A DNA stretch of 64,000 bases, taken from the sequence record MN850584.1. One strand, 5' to 3'. Position 1 is the stretch's first letter. Every line of letters starts with the position of its first letter. A program made the translations under genes and the position numbers. Origin of the DNA: Escherichia phage arall. This document shows positions 19,507-29,503 of the stretch, piece by piece. The notes below the pieces were generated by a model. That model saw nothing but the letters and a program-made list of their open reading frames with translations. It had not been told where the DNA came from and made no database searches.

Positions 19507-20079
19507 TTATTTGCCAATGCTTTGAATCTTATTTACAACACGGTTTATTGCCAGTGAAGCCCTAGGCTCCGCAATACCTGTTGCATAGATATAAGGATGA
19601 CCTTTTGGAGACTCCCTCATACCGAATGAACCTAATTCTAAACCATATTCATCCTCTACGTCAACCCCAATATTAGTGGGTACTAAATATGTTTTAACTC
19701 CATAATAAGTAGAGAAGAAACAGCGCATAGAGTTAGCATACTCTTCAATTGTAGCATCAGGGTAGAACTCAATCAACTCCAATTTCAAGAAAATATTAAA
19801 ATGGGTATCATCTAAATTTTCTTCTGTACGGTAACATGGCGTTAGTGCCATATACGGATTACCTGCTGCAAATTCAAAACCATCCTTCTCCATTTGCAGG
19901 AAAGATTGTTCTGCACTAGCTACATAGTATTTACCGTTAGGATGCCCTAATGGGCGATCCTCTTTATTTTCTGGTAGTGTGTACGCCAGTATATCAGCAT
20001 CCACGAGATATGGAACTTCTAACATTTGTGCAAATCGACCATAGTACTCAATAGCTTGAGCTATTACTGCAACATTCAT
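19507..20079 (-). CDS. Hypothetical protein
   Basis: 190 aa ORF. Confidence 0.55.
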   Translation of the reverse strand: MNVAVIAQAIEYYGRFAQMLEVPYLVDADILAYTLPENKEDRPLGHPNGKYYVASAEQSFLQMEKDGFEFAAGNPYMALTPCYRTEENLDDTHFNIFLKLELIEFYPDATIEEYANSMRCFFSTYYGVKTYLVPTNIGVDVEDEYGLELGSFGMRESPKGHPYIYATGIAEPRASLAINRVVNKIQSIGK

Positions 20080-20327
20080 GATCGACCTCCATTGCGGAAT
20101 GCACGTTTAGTAATGTTTGACATAGTGATCAAATCTTGAAGCGTCATATCAGGAAAATGCTGTTCAAGAACACCTTCAACAGCGCCTACAATATCTGATA
20201 ACTCAATAAGTTGCATCAGCTTGCAATCTTGATCAATAGCATCTTGAAGTTCATAAAGCTCTTCTTGAATCTTAGCAACAGAACCATATTCCTCTTTGCT
20301 AATCTCCTTCAAATGATACCCTGCCAC
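20076..20327 (-). CDS. Small acidic helical protein (possibly MazG-like NTP pyrophosphatase)
   Basis: 83 aa; EELYELQDA...ELSDIVGAVE resembles the EExxE...D pattern of all-alpha NTP-PPases; weak. Confidence 0.35.
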   Translation of the reverse strand: MAGYHLKEISKEEYGSVAKIQEELYELQDAIDQDCKLMQLIELSDIVGAVEGVLEQHFPDMTLQDLITMSNITKRAFRNGGRS

Positions 20328-20337
20328 TTTAACCCCC

Positions 20338-23112
20338 TTAGTTTACCAGTTTATTTATATCTGGTAAAAGATTTATTTCACCTAAGAAATCACCTTCACC
20401 TTCCTCTAGCCAACTCTCATATGCTTGTGCATGATTATAGTTACCATCAAAAGAATCTGCAACAAATTTTTCTACAGTTTTTCGAGATGTGCCAGCGCCA
20501 AATACACCAAGTTTAATACCATTGATCGGTAAAGTGGTGCTTGTGGGTACTTTCTCTGTTGCAACACGGTTGATATCTATAATCTCCTGTACGGTTGTAT
20601 TCCATTGTAAGCATTTAACACAACGGGTGTGCGCTACATACAGTAGGTTTCGCTCTGCCTCTTCCAGTCCTACCCATTCACCAGTCTTTTTATCATAGTT
20701 GGAAGGAAAATCATTAGCAACAATAACCTGATCCCACTCCAAACCTTTAGACTTGTGTGCTGTAGTAAGTGTGACTTTTGCTGTAGGAGAATTTCTATGC
20801 GTTCTAAGTGTATGTGCTATAGTGTTTGCCTTACCAGAAACTACGATGTTTAACAAGCGTTTAGCATCTGGATCAGCCTCTGCACACTCAACAAATTCAT
20901 CCCAGTCTGCGTAAGGTAATACAGTTTCATGTTTTACTTTCTCAATATCTCCTCTCCGAAGAGCATTAACACTATCTACCATAGAGATAAAATCCCTGGT
21001 ATCTACGTTAATAATAATTTCTTCCCCATCTGCAATACGATCCATTGCCTCCATAAGCAAGGTTAAATTCTTGCGAAAGATGATAGTGTAAGGTTTTGTA
21101 TAGTCTACAACATCTGATTTGTAGCTACCTACTACAGTATCAAAGCCTTTACCAACCAAAGGGTGACGCAAAGGTTCTTTATCGCTTAAAATCATATTGG
21201 CAATGTTTGCCACTTTGGGGCCAAAACGGAAGCAAGCAGTTAATGGAAGCTCTGCCCCATACTTAGCTGTTTCAATCATCATATTAGAGCTACCTCTAAA
21301 TTGATAAATGCAGTTGTGGCTAAGAATTTCATTGCCAAAGAAGTTAGCAGTATCCTCTACTTCAATATCATAATAGATACCCTCACTATCTACAATGTCC
21401 ACAATCTCTTCTGCCGTTACAGTATCACCATCTTTTACCAACACAGACATGCCTTTAAACAAACCCGCTGCCGGAATTAAGTTATATTTGGCACTGTTCA
21501 CAGAGGACATGCATTCTTTTAAAGATGCAAACGGAACTATTTCAAGGATCTTTTGTGCAAAACTCAATGCTTCACGATAAGAATTGAAATATTTACGTAC
21601 ACGGTAACGACCTTCCAATTTAGCAGCACTTACGCTTACACCTGCTTTAATCAGTGAAGAATAGATCGGCATTTCACTTTCTGTCCACTCAAAACTAACT
21701 TGTGTTCCTTTACAACTTTGTGCTCGCAAAGTCACTGTTAGCATTTTTCTTTCATCTACTGCACAATTGATGCTGTGCCAGTGTGGATAAGCAAAATGAT
21801 AATCTTTATCCTCTAAAAGTTTAAAACCATTTTGTCCGAATTGTTCAAAGATGTTATTGATCCTTTCTTGATTAATGCCGCGTGAACTTGCTTCAAATAC
21901 ACAAGTAGGAATGCCATATTGTAAACTGTATGCCATTTCTTTTTCCATAGCAGCTTCACGGTTTTCAACAATATCCAACACCCATAATTTCTGTGCTTTT
22001 TCAGAACGTGTACGTTGCCCCAGTTTAGAAAAACCTTCTTTATCATCGAATTTGTTAGTGATCCCTACTCGGAAACCTAAATCTTTCCTCCACATTAGGT
22101 ATACCACCATCTGATCATCTTTCAGAACATAGGATGAAGCCCAAATACGATGGTTATGTGTCATATCTAAAGTTTTACCTGTGGCAGTAATAATATTCCT
22201 ACCTTTTGTACGTGTAGATAAAGTCTTATTTGTTACTTTTCTAAATGTAACTTTACCATTAGAGTAAGACTCTACCTTATCACCGATTTGCAGGTCTTTC
22301 ATTGTAACCTGACCATTCTCGGTATTAAGTACCGTGTTTTCCGACACACATTGGAATTCATCGCCCACTACCACAATTTGTTTTGCAGATTTAGCATTTC
22401 GCAGAATAGACAAGAATGCAGGGTTAACATCCTGGAATTCATCACCAAAAATAATATCATAACCAAGATCAGCACCAGACAATTCAAACAATTTTACATA
22501 GGTGTCATGCGTCATCAAAGTATCTGTATTAGGATCAATGCGCTCTCGCCACAATTGTTTTGCATACTTAACTACTTCTGTAATTAGTTTGTGTTCGTTA
22601 ATACCTTTTCTTTTAATATCTGCAAGATGTACACTAGGAAAATGTTTACGGCTGATAAAAGGATCATCCGAAAATTCAAACTTACCTACGGTTTGTTTGA
22701 TCATTAAACCAATCATAGCACGAGTTAACAGTGTTTTCCCTCGTTTATCAATAAGATTATTAATCTTAAATTTCTTTGCTATCTCGCTACCTGTACCTGC
22801 AACGTTAACATACTGTCCTTCTGGTCGTGACAGTTTTGCACGTAAACGATGATCCAGGAATTGATAGCAAATAGAATGCAATGTACGGCATTCTACATTT
22901 AGTGGCATCTTACGTCGTGCTTCTTCTGCCATGCTTTTATTGAAAGCTAAGTAAAGAATGCGATCTTCTGTACTGTTAGCCAGCAAATAAAGTGTTGACG
23001 TTTTGCCTGATCCAGATTTAGCTTGGATAGTTAAAAAGCGATGGTCTGGAAAAGCCTCCTTAATAGCTGTTTGCTCTTCTGTTGGAGTGAAGCTCAACTC
23101 TTTCTTAGCCAT
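20338..23112 (-). CDS. UvrD/Rep-like SF1 DNA helicase interrupted by an intein
   Basis: Walker A AKSGSGKTS, motif II FGDEFQD, motif III VGDEFQ|CIYQFRG split by insert, motif VI TTAHKSKGLEWD; likely ATG start at 23112. Confidence 0.8.
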   Translation of the reverse strand: MAKKELSFTPTEEQTAIKEAFPDHRFLTIQAKSGSGKTSTLYLLANSTEDRILYLAFNKSMAEEARRKMPLNVECRTLHSICYQFLDHRLRAKLSRPEGQYVNVAGTGSEIAKKFKINNLIDKRGKTLLTRAMIGLMIKQTVGKFEFSDDPFISRKHFPSVHLADIKRKGINEHKLITEVVKYAKQLWRERIDPNTDTLMTHDTYVKLFELSGADLGYDIIFGDEFQDVNPAFLSILRNAKSAKQIVVVGDEFQCVSENTVLNTENGQVTMKDLQIGDKVESYSNGKVTFRKVTNKTLSTRTKGRNIITATGKTLDMTHNHRIWASSYVLKDDQMVVYLMWRKDLGFRVGITNKFDDKEGFSKLGQRTRSEKAQKLWVLDIVENREAAMEKEMAYSLQYGIPTCVFEASSRGINQERINNIFEQFGQNGFKLLEDKDYHFAYPHWHSINCAVDERKMLTVTLRAQSCKGTQVSFEWTESEMPIYSSLIKAGVSVSAAKLEGRYRVRKYFNSYREALSFAQKILEIVPFASLKECMSSVNSAKYNLIPAAGLFKGMSVLVKDGDTVTAEEIVDIVDSEGIYYDIEVEDTANFFGNEILSHNCIYQFRGSSNMMIETAKYGAELPLTACFRFGPKVANIANMILSDKEPLRHPLVGKGFDTVVGSYKSDVVDYTKPYTIIFRKNLTLLMEAMDRIADGEEIIINVDTRDFISMVDSVNALRRGDIEKVKHETVLPYADWDEFVECAEADPDAKRLLNIVVSGKANTIAHTLRTHRNSPTAKVTLTTAHKSKGLEWDQVIVANDFPSNYDKKTGEWVGLEEAERNLLYVAHTRCVKCLQWNTTVQEIIDINRVATEKVPTSTTLPINGIKLGVFGAGTSRKTVEKFVADSFDGNYNHAQAYESWLEEGEGDFLGEINLLPDINKLVN
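21313..22350 (-). mobile_element. Intein (about 346 aa) within helicase motif III
   Basis: Insert starts with Cys (CVSENTVL...), has block B TxxH (MTHNH) and ends ...FFGNEILSHN followed by Cys; flanks rejoin as GDEFQ-CIYQFRG. Confidence 0.7.
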
Positions 23113-23113
23113 T

Positions 23114-23590
23114 TCAACCTCTCTTAATTTGTTTAACAAGCATAGGAACAAAATCTCGTTTTAAAATTTGTTCAATAATATGATCAGGTAGCTGTTGGAA
23201 ATTATAATTAAAAGCTACTGTCTCACCTTTAGGTGTTTCTACCCGCACATATAACATGTTACGAAGTTTATCCACTTGTGCTGTGTATTCTAAACCATGT
23301 AATTGATGCATTGCAAACATCAAATCATCAGTTTCAGTTTGGAATCTATCATTTGCTTGCATTAAGGACAAGGTAAAAGGTAGATTTTCCCTAAGAGCCA
23401 CCTTCTTAGGAACTAGTGAAGGAAAATACTCACCAATAACTTCCTGTGTAAGCTGGATACACTCTTTTTCAAGTTGGTTTTGTTCCTTAAGTTCACAAAC
23501 ACTTTTTTGTAAAGTGTTAACCTCTTTTTGCAAAGCTGCTAGTTGAGCACTTAACTTTCTTTTTTGATTACGACCAAAACGTTTAGACAT
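23114..23590 (-). CDS. Hypothetical coiled-coil protein
   Basis: 158 aa ORF. Confidence 0.5.
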   Translation of the reverse strand: MSKRFGRNQKRKLSAQLAALQKEVNTLQKSVCELKEQNQLEKECIQLTQEVIGEYFPSLVPKKVALRENLPFTLSLMQANDRFQTETDDLMFAMHQLHGLEYTAQVDKLRNMLYVRVETPKGETVAFNYNFQQLPDHIIEQILKRDFVPMLVKQIKRG

Positions 23591-23598
23591 ATTTCCCC

Positions 23599-24114
23599 CT
23601 AGTAAAACCCTTTAACAATCTGTATTAACTCGGCACAACGGTTGACCAACTTTTCCTCATACAATACACGTTGTGGCATATGTTGTATAATATACTCCAT
23701 TTGCTCATGCCATGTCCACTTTTCTTTTTTGTCCGGGATAACATCACTAGCACGAGAATTATCTTTTAATGTTTGTATAATCCAATTGCTTGGAAAGTGC
23801 TCTCCACCTTTCTTAAATGGTTTATAGTGGCCTAGAGTGAATTGAGAATCCCCTGTTAGAGCACCCAATTTATTTAGATGGATAATCAAACTACGAAACA
23901 CATAGTATTCATAGATGTTATCCACCGTATAGCAAGCATAATATTTCAAGATGCCCTTATCTCGCGGATACTTACCAACATCCAGATTGCACCAGTTGAC
24001 ATTTTCTGGATCATAGTGGTGTTCCTTAAGCCATATTTCTCTTTCATCAAAGTCTGGATATATTACCGCTCTGCTTACAGAGTCAACAAGTGGAGATTGA
24101 GCATCAAAAAACAT
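23599..24114 (-). CDS. Hypothetical protein
   Basis: 171 aa ORF. Confidence 0.5.
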   Translation of the reverse strand: MFFDAQSPLVDSVSRAVIYPDFDEREIWLKEHHYDPENVNWCNLDVGKYPRDKGILKYYACYTVDNIYEYYVFRSLIIHLNKLGALTGDSQFTLGHYKPFKKGGEHFPSNWIIQTLKDNSRASDVIPDKKEKWTWHEQMEYIIQHMPQRVLYEEKLVNRCAELIQIVKGFY

Positions 24115-24135
24115 TATATTTTCCTTATTGGTTTG

Positions 24136-24501
24136 TTAAACGTTTTCTAAATCTTTTAAGGCATTACCCAACGTTAGAACAATAACATCGTTTGCTGCCT
24201 CTTCCCCATTGATATTGGTGAAATTTGGTGTGACAAAAGTAACCATATAAAACTCGTCCACCTGGAAGATAGCAATAACACCATCCATCTTAACATCTTG
24301 ACGAAAGGAAAAACCAAGCATCTTCTCTTGCAAAGGCATATCCCCTTCCTTCATTACTGCCAGGGAGTTTTCAGGAATGTTATATTTATCTGCTCCGATG
24401 TAGATGTACGTAATGTTATCTTTATCGTGATGATACAGGGTTGCTTTTTCCATATCTAAACCTGACAGATCAAATACGTTAATTTCTTGTGTAGTCTTCA
24501 T
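24136..24501 (-). CDS. Hypothetical protein
   Basis: Internal ATG (MKTTQEINVF) chosen to limit overlap with upstream gene. Confidence 0.45.
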   Translation of the reverse strand: MKTTQEINVFDLSGLDMEKATLYHHDKDNITYIYIGADKYNIPENSLAVMKEGDMPLQEKMLGFSFRQDVKMDGVIAIFQVDEFYMVTFVTPNFTNINGEEAANDVIVLTLGNALKDLENV

Positions 24502-24865
24502 AAATATCCTCCCAAATCCAATAATCATCTGTGTAAGTAGGATGCCTTTTATCCCACTCTGTTCTAGCCCAAGCAACCGCTGCTACCAACACATCACCAT
24601 GACAAGGTTGAGGTGCGCAGAAGCAAACTAAGTCTTTCCCTTCTAATTCTAACAAATCCTCAAGAGTGATTTTACCACAACGAATTTGTTCCCACAACCA
24701 CTCTTTATATCTTTGTATAGTTGATCCTCGTGGTTCATCATCCTTTAACTTAAAAGGATTTGCAAACTTTGAGGCTTTTAACCCCATATGAGGCATAGCT
24801 CTGCCAATGTAAACTGCACCTTCAGGTATTACTTTACCTAAGTGGTAAAAATTTAATACTTTCAT
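24479..24865 (-). CDS. DUF4326-like protein
   Basis: MKVLNFYHLGK...ANPF...CFCAPQPCHGDVL pattern; ATG at 24865. Confidence 0.5.
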   Translation of the reverse strand: MKVLNFYHLGKVIPEGAVYIGRAMPHMGLKASKFANPFKLKDDEPRGSTIQRYKEWLWEQIRCGKITLEDLLELEGKDLVCFCAPQPCHGDVLVAAVAWARTEWDKRHPTYTDDYWIWEDIYEDYTRN

Positions 24866-24866
24866 A

Positions 24867-25217
24867 TTAACCCAAACACATCTGTGCAATCAAGCCCTGT
24901 ATAAATTTATTAGCTTCTTTACTGTCGTAGTCAGTCTCTTCTGGATATCCATCTTCATCGTACACAACTGTACCTTCAATATACCCTGCCTCAATTAAGG
25001 CGCGGATCATATCAAATTGCCAGCATGAGTTACCAAATGGACGTTTACCATTAAAACACTCTTCTTCTCTCCATAACGTAGAGAGTAGTTGTCGGAAATA
25101 TTCCCGTACAGTGACAGTACCAAGATCTGAATCCTCAAACATAACATCCAGGGCATCAGGATTGCTTTTCTCTACATAAGGGATATATTTAACACCGTTA
25201 ATAGTTACATCAAGCAT
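24867..25217 (-). CDS. Hypothetical protein
   Basis: 116 aa ORF. Confidence 0.5.
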   Translation of the reverse strand: MLDVTINGVKYIPYVEKSNPDALDVMFEDSDLGTVTVREYFRQLLSTLWREEECFNGKRPFGNSCWQFDMIRALIEAGYIEGTVVYDEDGYPEETDYDSKEANKFIQGLIAQMCLG

Positions 25218-25580
25218 TTATTTCTCCTTATCATCATATTCTAAGAACATATCTGCACGATATGCTTTACGCTCTTCAAACTTAGCAGGATCTACAACAA
25301 TAAGCAATACAAGGTTAATATCTAAATACTTCTTAACAAATAGAAATAAATCTTTTCCACAGTTAAAACCTACACCAGTATAGGCATCCCCATATTGATC
25401 TACTGATTTAATCTTCTTACTAACCGTACACTCTATGCTATTCTTTTCTTCTTGGTATAAGGCTTTCCCACCCCAATATGTAAAGAATTTAGTACCGTCA
25501 GCACCAAGTTTAAAACCCTCTGTTGCATGTCCCGCAAATGAAAGTAAGCATAACCAAGTGATCATCAGGTACTTTAGCAT
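25218..25580 (-). CDS. Putative secreted protein
   Basis: ATG at 25580 gives N-terminal signal peptide (MLKYLMITWLCLLSFAGHA). Confidence 0.5.
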   Translation of the reverse strand: MLKYLMITWLCLLSFAGHATEGFKLGADGTKFFTYWGGKALYQEEKNSIECTVSKKIKSVDQYGDAYTGVGFNCGKDLFLFVKKYLDINLVLLIVVDPAKFEERKAYRADMFLEYDDKEK

Positions 25581-25581
25581 T

Positions 25582-26064
25582 TTAACCACCCAATTGCAAA
25601 TGTTTAGAAAGAACAATATCCCACTGATCACCACAACCGTTATCTATGCGGAACATAATGTACGTATCATCTTCTTCTACGACATATAATACCTCATAGG
25701 AATTACAACAGCCTTCCCAATTTTTAACAGCTTCTGGTGTATCATGTGTAAAAATTTCATTACCATCATATGACCAAAACAAAGGGGTAAGGTTTTCGAA
25801 GGTCAGTGAAGTAGGGTTTACTTCATCTTTAACTGCTTCCTCATATTCTTTATGCGTTTGTACTGCTTTAGTTAGTGTACTCATGTCTATCTCCTTTTCT
25901 CCTTCTTGACTATGGAGGATAGCAAACTCTCTAAACTCCACTTCACGCCATGTTTTCAGGTAGTGCTTTATAATTTTATCAACATCTGCCTGTTCAACAT
26001 TACTTTTCAAGCAATAGTAATCATGGTCTTCGCCCATTCTACCCCATATGCTATACATTGTCAT
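25582..26064 (-). CDS. Hypothetical protein
   Basis: 160 aa ORF. Confidence 0.5.
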   Translation of the reverse strand: MTMYSIWGRMGEDHDYYCLKSNVEQADVDKIIKHYLKTWREVEFREFAILHSQEGEKEIDMSTLTKAVQTHKEYEEAVKDEVNPTSLTFENLTPLFWSYDGNEIFTHDTPEAVKNWEGCCNSYEVLYVVEEDDTYIMFRIDNGCGDQWDIVLSKHLQLGG

Positions 26065-26332
26065 CTGATTGATCCTTTACATTGTTCTTGGCATACACAG
26101 GAATAACATCGTCGTGATCTTTATTACTTTCATCTGTTAAAGCCCAAAACAATTTACCTGCTGGATGTTTAAAGATGTAAGCAATAGGTTCCTCTTCCTG
26201 GGCTTCTTTGCTACGGATACCATCCCGCCAGGCAAGCCAAGTGTAGATCATCACTTCTTGACGTTCTTCTTCGTTAGGCCACATATGTGGTGGAAAGTTT
26301 TTATCAAACCATTGCTTAAATTCTTCAGTCAT
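26051..26332 (-). CDS. Hypothetical protein
   Basis: 93 aa ORF. Confidence 0.45.
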   Translation of the reverse strand: MTEEFKQWFDKNFPPHMWPNEEERQEVMIYTWLAWRDGIRSKEAQEEEPIAYIFKHPAGKLFWALTDESNKDHDDVIPVYAKNNVKDQSDDNV

Positions 26333-26342
26333 AGTCTACTCC

Positions 26343-26507
26343 TTAACGTACAAAGTTAACCTCTGCTTCTTTCAGCTTTGACACTTCTACATAACCACCA
26401 TGATCATCTTTAATCCATTCTTTTCCTTTACGGATGATAACAGGATATGTAGAGTGAGTAAGTTTAGGTACAGATCTTTTTGTTTTAGTGATAGAAATGT
26501 TTTGCAT
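26343..26507 (-). CDS. Small hypothetical protein (about 54 aa)
   Basis: ATG preceded by AAGGAG at 6 nt spacing; below ORF-track size cutoff; translated by eye. Confidence 0.35.
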   Translation of the reverse strand: MQNISITKTKRSVPKLTHSTYPVIIRKGKEWIKDDHGGYVEVSKLKEAEVNFVR

Positions 26508-26567
26508 AGTAGTCTCCTTAGTAAATTTTACAAAGAGTCTAGATTATTTAGTAGATAGAGTCAATAA

Positions 26568-26834
26568 CTAATTACTGTTAGATCTGTATTCTGTCTTCCA
26601 TTCACAATGGTAAACTTCAACAGGTTCTAACTTCCAATGTTCAGGAACTAATTCAGGACAATATCTACAAAAGAGAAATAGATAGATAACTAAGACAGGT
26701 ATTAAATAGTAAAATGGTATACGATCATAACCATACTTACGAGATAACATGTAGACGTATAGATAGGGTATAACAATTAATCCTATAACTATAAGTAAGA
26801 AGAGAAGTATAAACCTTAGTGTAGTAACATCCAT
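26568..26834 (-). CDS. Small membrane protein
   Basis: 88 aa, two hydrophobic helices. Confidence 0.45.
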   Translation of the reverse strand: MDVTTLRFILLFLLIVIGLIVIPYLYVYMLSRKYGYDRIPFYYLIPVLVIYLFLFCRYCPELVPEHWKLEPVEVYHCEWKTEYRSNSN

Positions 26835-26998
26835 AGTATTCTCCTATACAGTAATATACTCTGTTCCTGCCCCTCCATGAGTGACAGGAACAATATCTAT
26901 AGAGAATACTAACTCGCTTCGCTCGTCACCTTTCAGGTTTAGGGTAGCATGTTTTTCTGAAAAAGTCAATACTCTCCACAAAACTTTACAAAATACTT

Positions 26999-27271
26999 TT
27001 ACATAGGTACAACAGAGTCTGTTTTGAAGTCGTACATATGATTTACACCTGTGATTTTTGACATAGAGATTGCACGTTTAGCACCTGCAATTACCTGGTC
27101 TGTCTTCTTAATCTCTTCACGGAACTTACGTACAGTTAAAGAGAAGAAACGATGATCCATCCATTGACGATTCACACGATCACGCTTGAAGTGACGGAAA
27201 TCTTCAATCTGTTTATTGCGCAATCGGCGCAGTACATGCAATAGTTGATAGTAAGGGTGTTTATTTTTCAT
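26999..27271 (-). CDS. Hypothetical basic protein
   Basis: 90 aa ORF. Confidence 0.45.
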   Translation of the reverse strand: MKNKHPYYQLLHVLRRLRNKQIEDFRHFKRDRVNRQWMDHRFFSLTVRKFREEIKKTDQVIAGAKRAISMSKITGVNHMYDFKTDSVVPM

Positions 27272-27274
27272 AAA

Positions 27275-27703
27275 TTATTCTCCAAATCGAAAATCGTCAA
27301 TATCATCAAACCATACACAATGGCGAGTCCTTTCTTTTTCTGTTGCAGACATTGTTTCAACAGCTTTAGGACTAAGCACAACAGGAATGTAACGAACAGG
27401 TCGTTCATAATAGTAGCCATACTTTTCTGTATTAGCTGCCTCAAAGACTTTACGGCGTTCTTCAAGATCTTCTATGGTGAATCCTACCATATAACCATCA
27501 TGTTTGCTACCCCATCCTTCCTCACTTTCAACAATCGGGATATAAAAGCCGTTACGAGTCCCTGACACTGGTTTTTCTTGAGCCTGAAGGCAAGCCTCCC
27601 ATCCTGCTTTAAAGACGTTATAGAGCGATTTACGCACATTATGAGTGCCGCTTTCGCTTGCTGGATATAGTTCATTAAATTTGTCTTGAATTTGTTGTGT
27701 CAT
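27275..27703 (-). CDS. Hypothetical protein
   Basis: 142 aa ORF. Confidence 0.5.
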   Translation of the reverse strand: MTQQIQDKFNELYPASESGTHNVRKSLYNVFKAGWEACLQAQEKPVSGTRNGFYIPIVESEEGWGSKHDGYMVGFTIEDLEERRKVFEAANTEKYGYYYERPVRYIPVVLSPKAVETMSATEKERTRHCVWFDDIDDFRFGE

Positions 27704-27846
27704 ACTCGCCCCTTAGTGATTATTTGACCAGCTAAACAAATAGCTTGTAGTACAATAAAGAAGTAGCCTAATTTTACACTACCCAATACCCAAAATGCAA
27801 TGTTTGCAAACAAACAAAAAGCAATATTAAGTCTAAAGAATAACAT

Positions 27847-28047
27847 TTAATCCCCTTCATATTTAGGTAAAGGCATATATGCCACAATAGGAGGGTAATC
27901 AAAGTGAAAATGATGGTTCACCACAATAATCTTACCAGACATACTTTTATGCACTTCACAATACCCTTTTTCACCATCTTCCATTACCACCACATACTCA
28001 CCTAGTGGGATATCGTATGGATCTTCTACTTTTACCCATTCTGTCAT
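27847..28047 (-). CDS. Hypothetical protein
   Basis: 66 aa ORF. Confidence 0.4.
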   Translation of the reverse strand: MTEWVKVEDPYDIPLGEYVVVMEDGEKGYCEVHKSMSGKIIVVNHHFHFDYPPIVAYMPLPKYEGD

Positions 28048-28058
28048 TTTGGAAACAC

Positions 28059-28313
28059 CTATTGTCCATCTTCATGCATTTGTAGTAAAGTTTCACAGAT
28101 TTCATACACATCTTGGTATGTTACAACTGAGAGATCAGAGTCTTGATCTTCGACAAGCATAGCACAAAGAGCTTTAATATCAATACCTTTACAATGTTCC
28201 GTAGCTATACGGTACATTTCACCATCCTCCCAAACAATTGGTTGCGGAAGCAAAACGTCTGTACCATCTTCACAAGTTACAATGTAATCTGCAATATTAT
28301 CACGAATTTTCAT
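28059..28313 (-). CDS. Hypothetical acidic protein
   Basis: 84 aa ORF. Confidence 0.4.
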   Translation of the reverse strand: MKIRDNIADYIVTCEDGTDVLLPQPIVWEDGEMYRIATEHCKGIDIKALCAMLVEDQDSDLSVVTYQDVYEICETLLQMHEDGQ

Positions 28314-28567
28314 TGTACTACCCCCTTAAATCCAGATGTGCTGCCAGTTTTAACTTTTGCTTTAAGATGTTCCAACTCTACCATAGGTGTTGCTACTTGT
28401 ATAGGATTTTCCTCAACCTTATGAATATAATATTCATAATAAGCATACTTACCAATAGAGTGCAGATACTTAATTGCATGTTCAGGCGAATCTGCTTCGA
28501 CATACCCTAAATCTTTTGTGGTACGACCTTCGCAATCACCTTCGGTAGTTACATGATAAAGTGTCAT
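28310..28567 (-). CDS. Hypothetical protein
   Basis: 85 aa ORF. Confidence 0.4.
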   Translation of the reverse strand: MTLYHVTTEGDCEGRTTKDLGYVEADSPEHAIKYLHSIGKYAYYEYYIHKVEENPIQVATPMVELEHLKAKVKTGSTSGFKGVVQ

Positions 28568-28716
28568 AAAACCTCCTCATAGTAAGGTAAAGCCTTGATC
28601 AGTTGTTCTGAAGTGCCATTTTGCACCCACGTAACCCCGTTGTCAACAGAAACATACCCTTTTTTGTCAATAAATTTACGCAGACAGCCAGTGAACTTAT
28701 TTTTGTAGATAACCAT
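28564..28716 (-). CDS. Small hypothetical protein (about 50 aa)
   Basis: ATG with AAGGAG 5 nt upstream; stop overlaps next ATG (ATGA); translated by eye. Confidence 0.35.
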   Translation of the reverse strand: MVIYKNKFTGCLRKFIDKKGYVSVDNGVTWVQNGTSEQLIKALPYYEEVL

Positions 28717-28728
28717 GTTCACTCCTTG

Positions 28729-29082
28729 TTACATCCACAGATTATGAAAATACTTAGCAAACAAAATGCGACCTTCTAAACGATCTTGCCGCTGTTTTTC
28801 ATTAACCTCTTCTGGTGGAGTTGAGTCCTTAAAAGAAGACTCCATTTTTTCAAGAATTTCTAACCAGTGTTCTGCTGCTCGTTCTTCCATATAAGGTAGA
28901 TAGTCACCTTTAGCGTGTGGGTACATCCGACGAAGTAACCCACTAGGAATTTTAACATTGTTTGTGGCTATCACTTTTGCACGATATGCAGAAAGTGCAT
29001 TGTAGATCAGTTTACTTAGTGTCACATCTAGATCAAGAAGATCACTCTCTTCAAATTGAATTTCATCGTGTACAATTTTCAT
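28729..29082 (-). CDS. Hypothetical protein
   Basis: 117 aa ORF. Confidence 0.45.
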   Translation of the reverse strand: MKIVHDEIQFEESDLLDLDVTLSKLIYNALSAYRAKVIATNNVKIPSGLLRRMYPHAKGDYLPYMEERAAEHWLEILEKMESSFKDSTPPEEVNEKQRQDRLEGRILFAKYFHNLWM

Positions 29083-29093
29083 ATCACTCTCCT

Positions 29094-29384
29094 TTATAGT
29101 AAAACACGTTTTGCACTGCTTGGTGCATTGTCGAACATGTTTATCACTTTGTCAAGTTTGTGTATTAACTCGTTCGTAATGTTCCACTCTTTGTATGATC
29201 TCCATTGTTTCTTATTCTCACCTACCTGGTGTAAAACTTTGATGGGTGCATTCAAACGTACATTGCGTTCTTTGTCCTCTTCAAAAGAGGCTAACCATTT
29301 TTCGTTATGCCCATGAACAGCAATAATAATGCCAAAACCATCAAAAGTTTCTGTAATATTCTTAGTTGCTAGTGTGATGTTCAT
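29094..29384 (-). CDS. Hypothetical protein
   Basis: 96 aa ORF; first gene of the minus block at the strand-switch. Confidence 0.45.
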   Translation of the reverse strand: MNITLATKNITETFDGFGIIIAVHGHNEKWLASFEEDKERNVRLNAPIKVLHQVGENKKQWRSYKEWNITNELIHKLDKVINMFDNAPSSAKRVLL

Positions 29385-29443
29385 ATCTAACCTCTTTTGT
29401 TACGATGCACACAGAGTACCAGAAATTAATTTCAGATCAAGTA

Positions 29444-29471
29444 TTGACATACTGTTTTATTGTGCTAATCT
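29444..29471 (+). promoter_or_regulatory. Sigma70-like promoter (TTGACA-16-TAATCT) at the divergent strand-switch
   Basis: Read from sequence; drives plus-strand block starting 29504. Confidence 0.4.
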
Positions 29472-29503
29472 TAATGCATACACAAATGAGAGGAGATAAA
29501 CGA

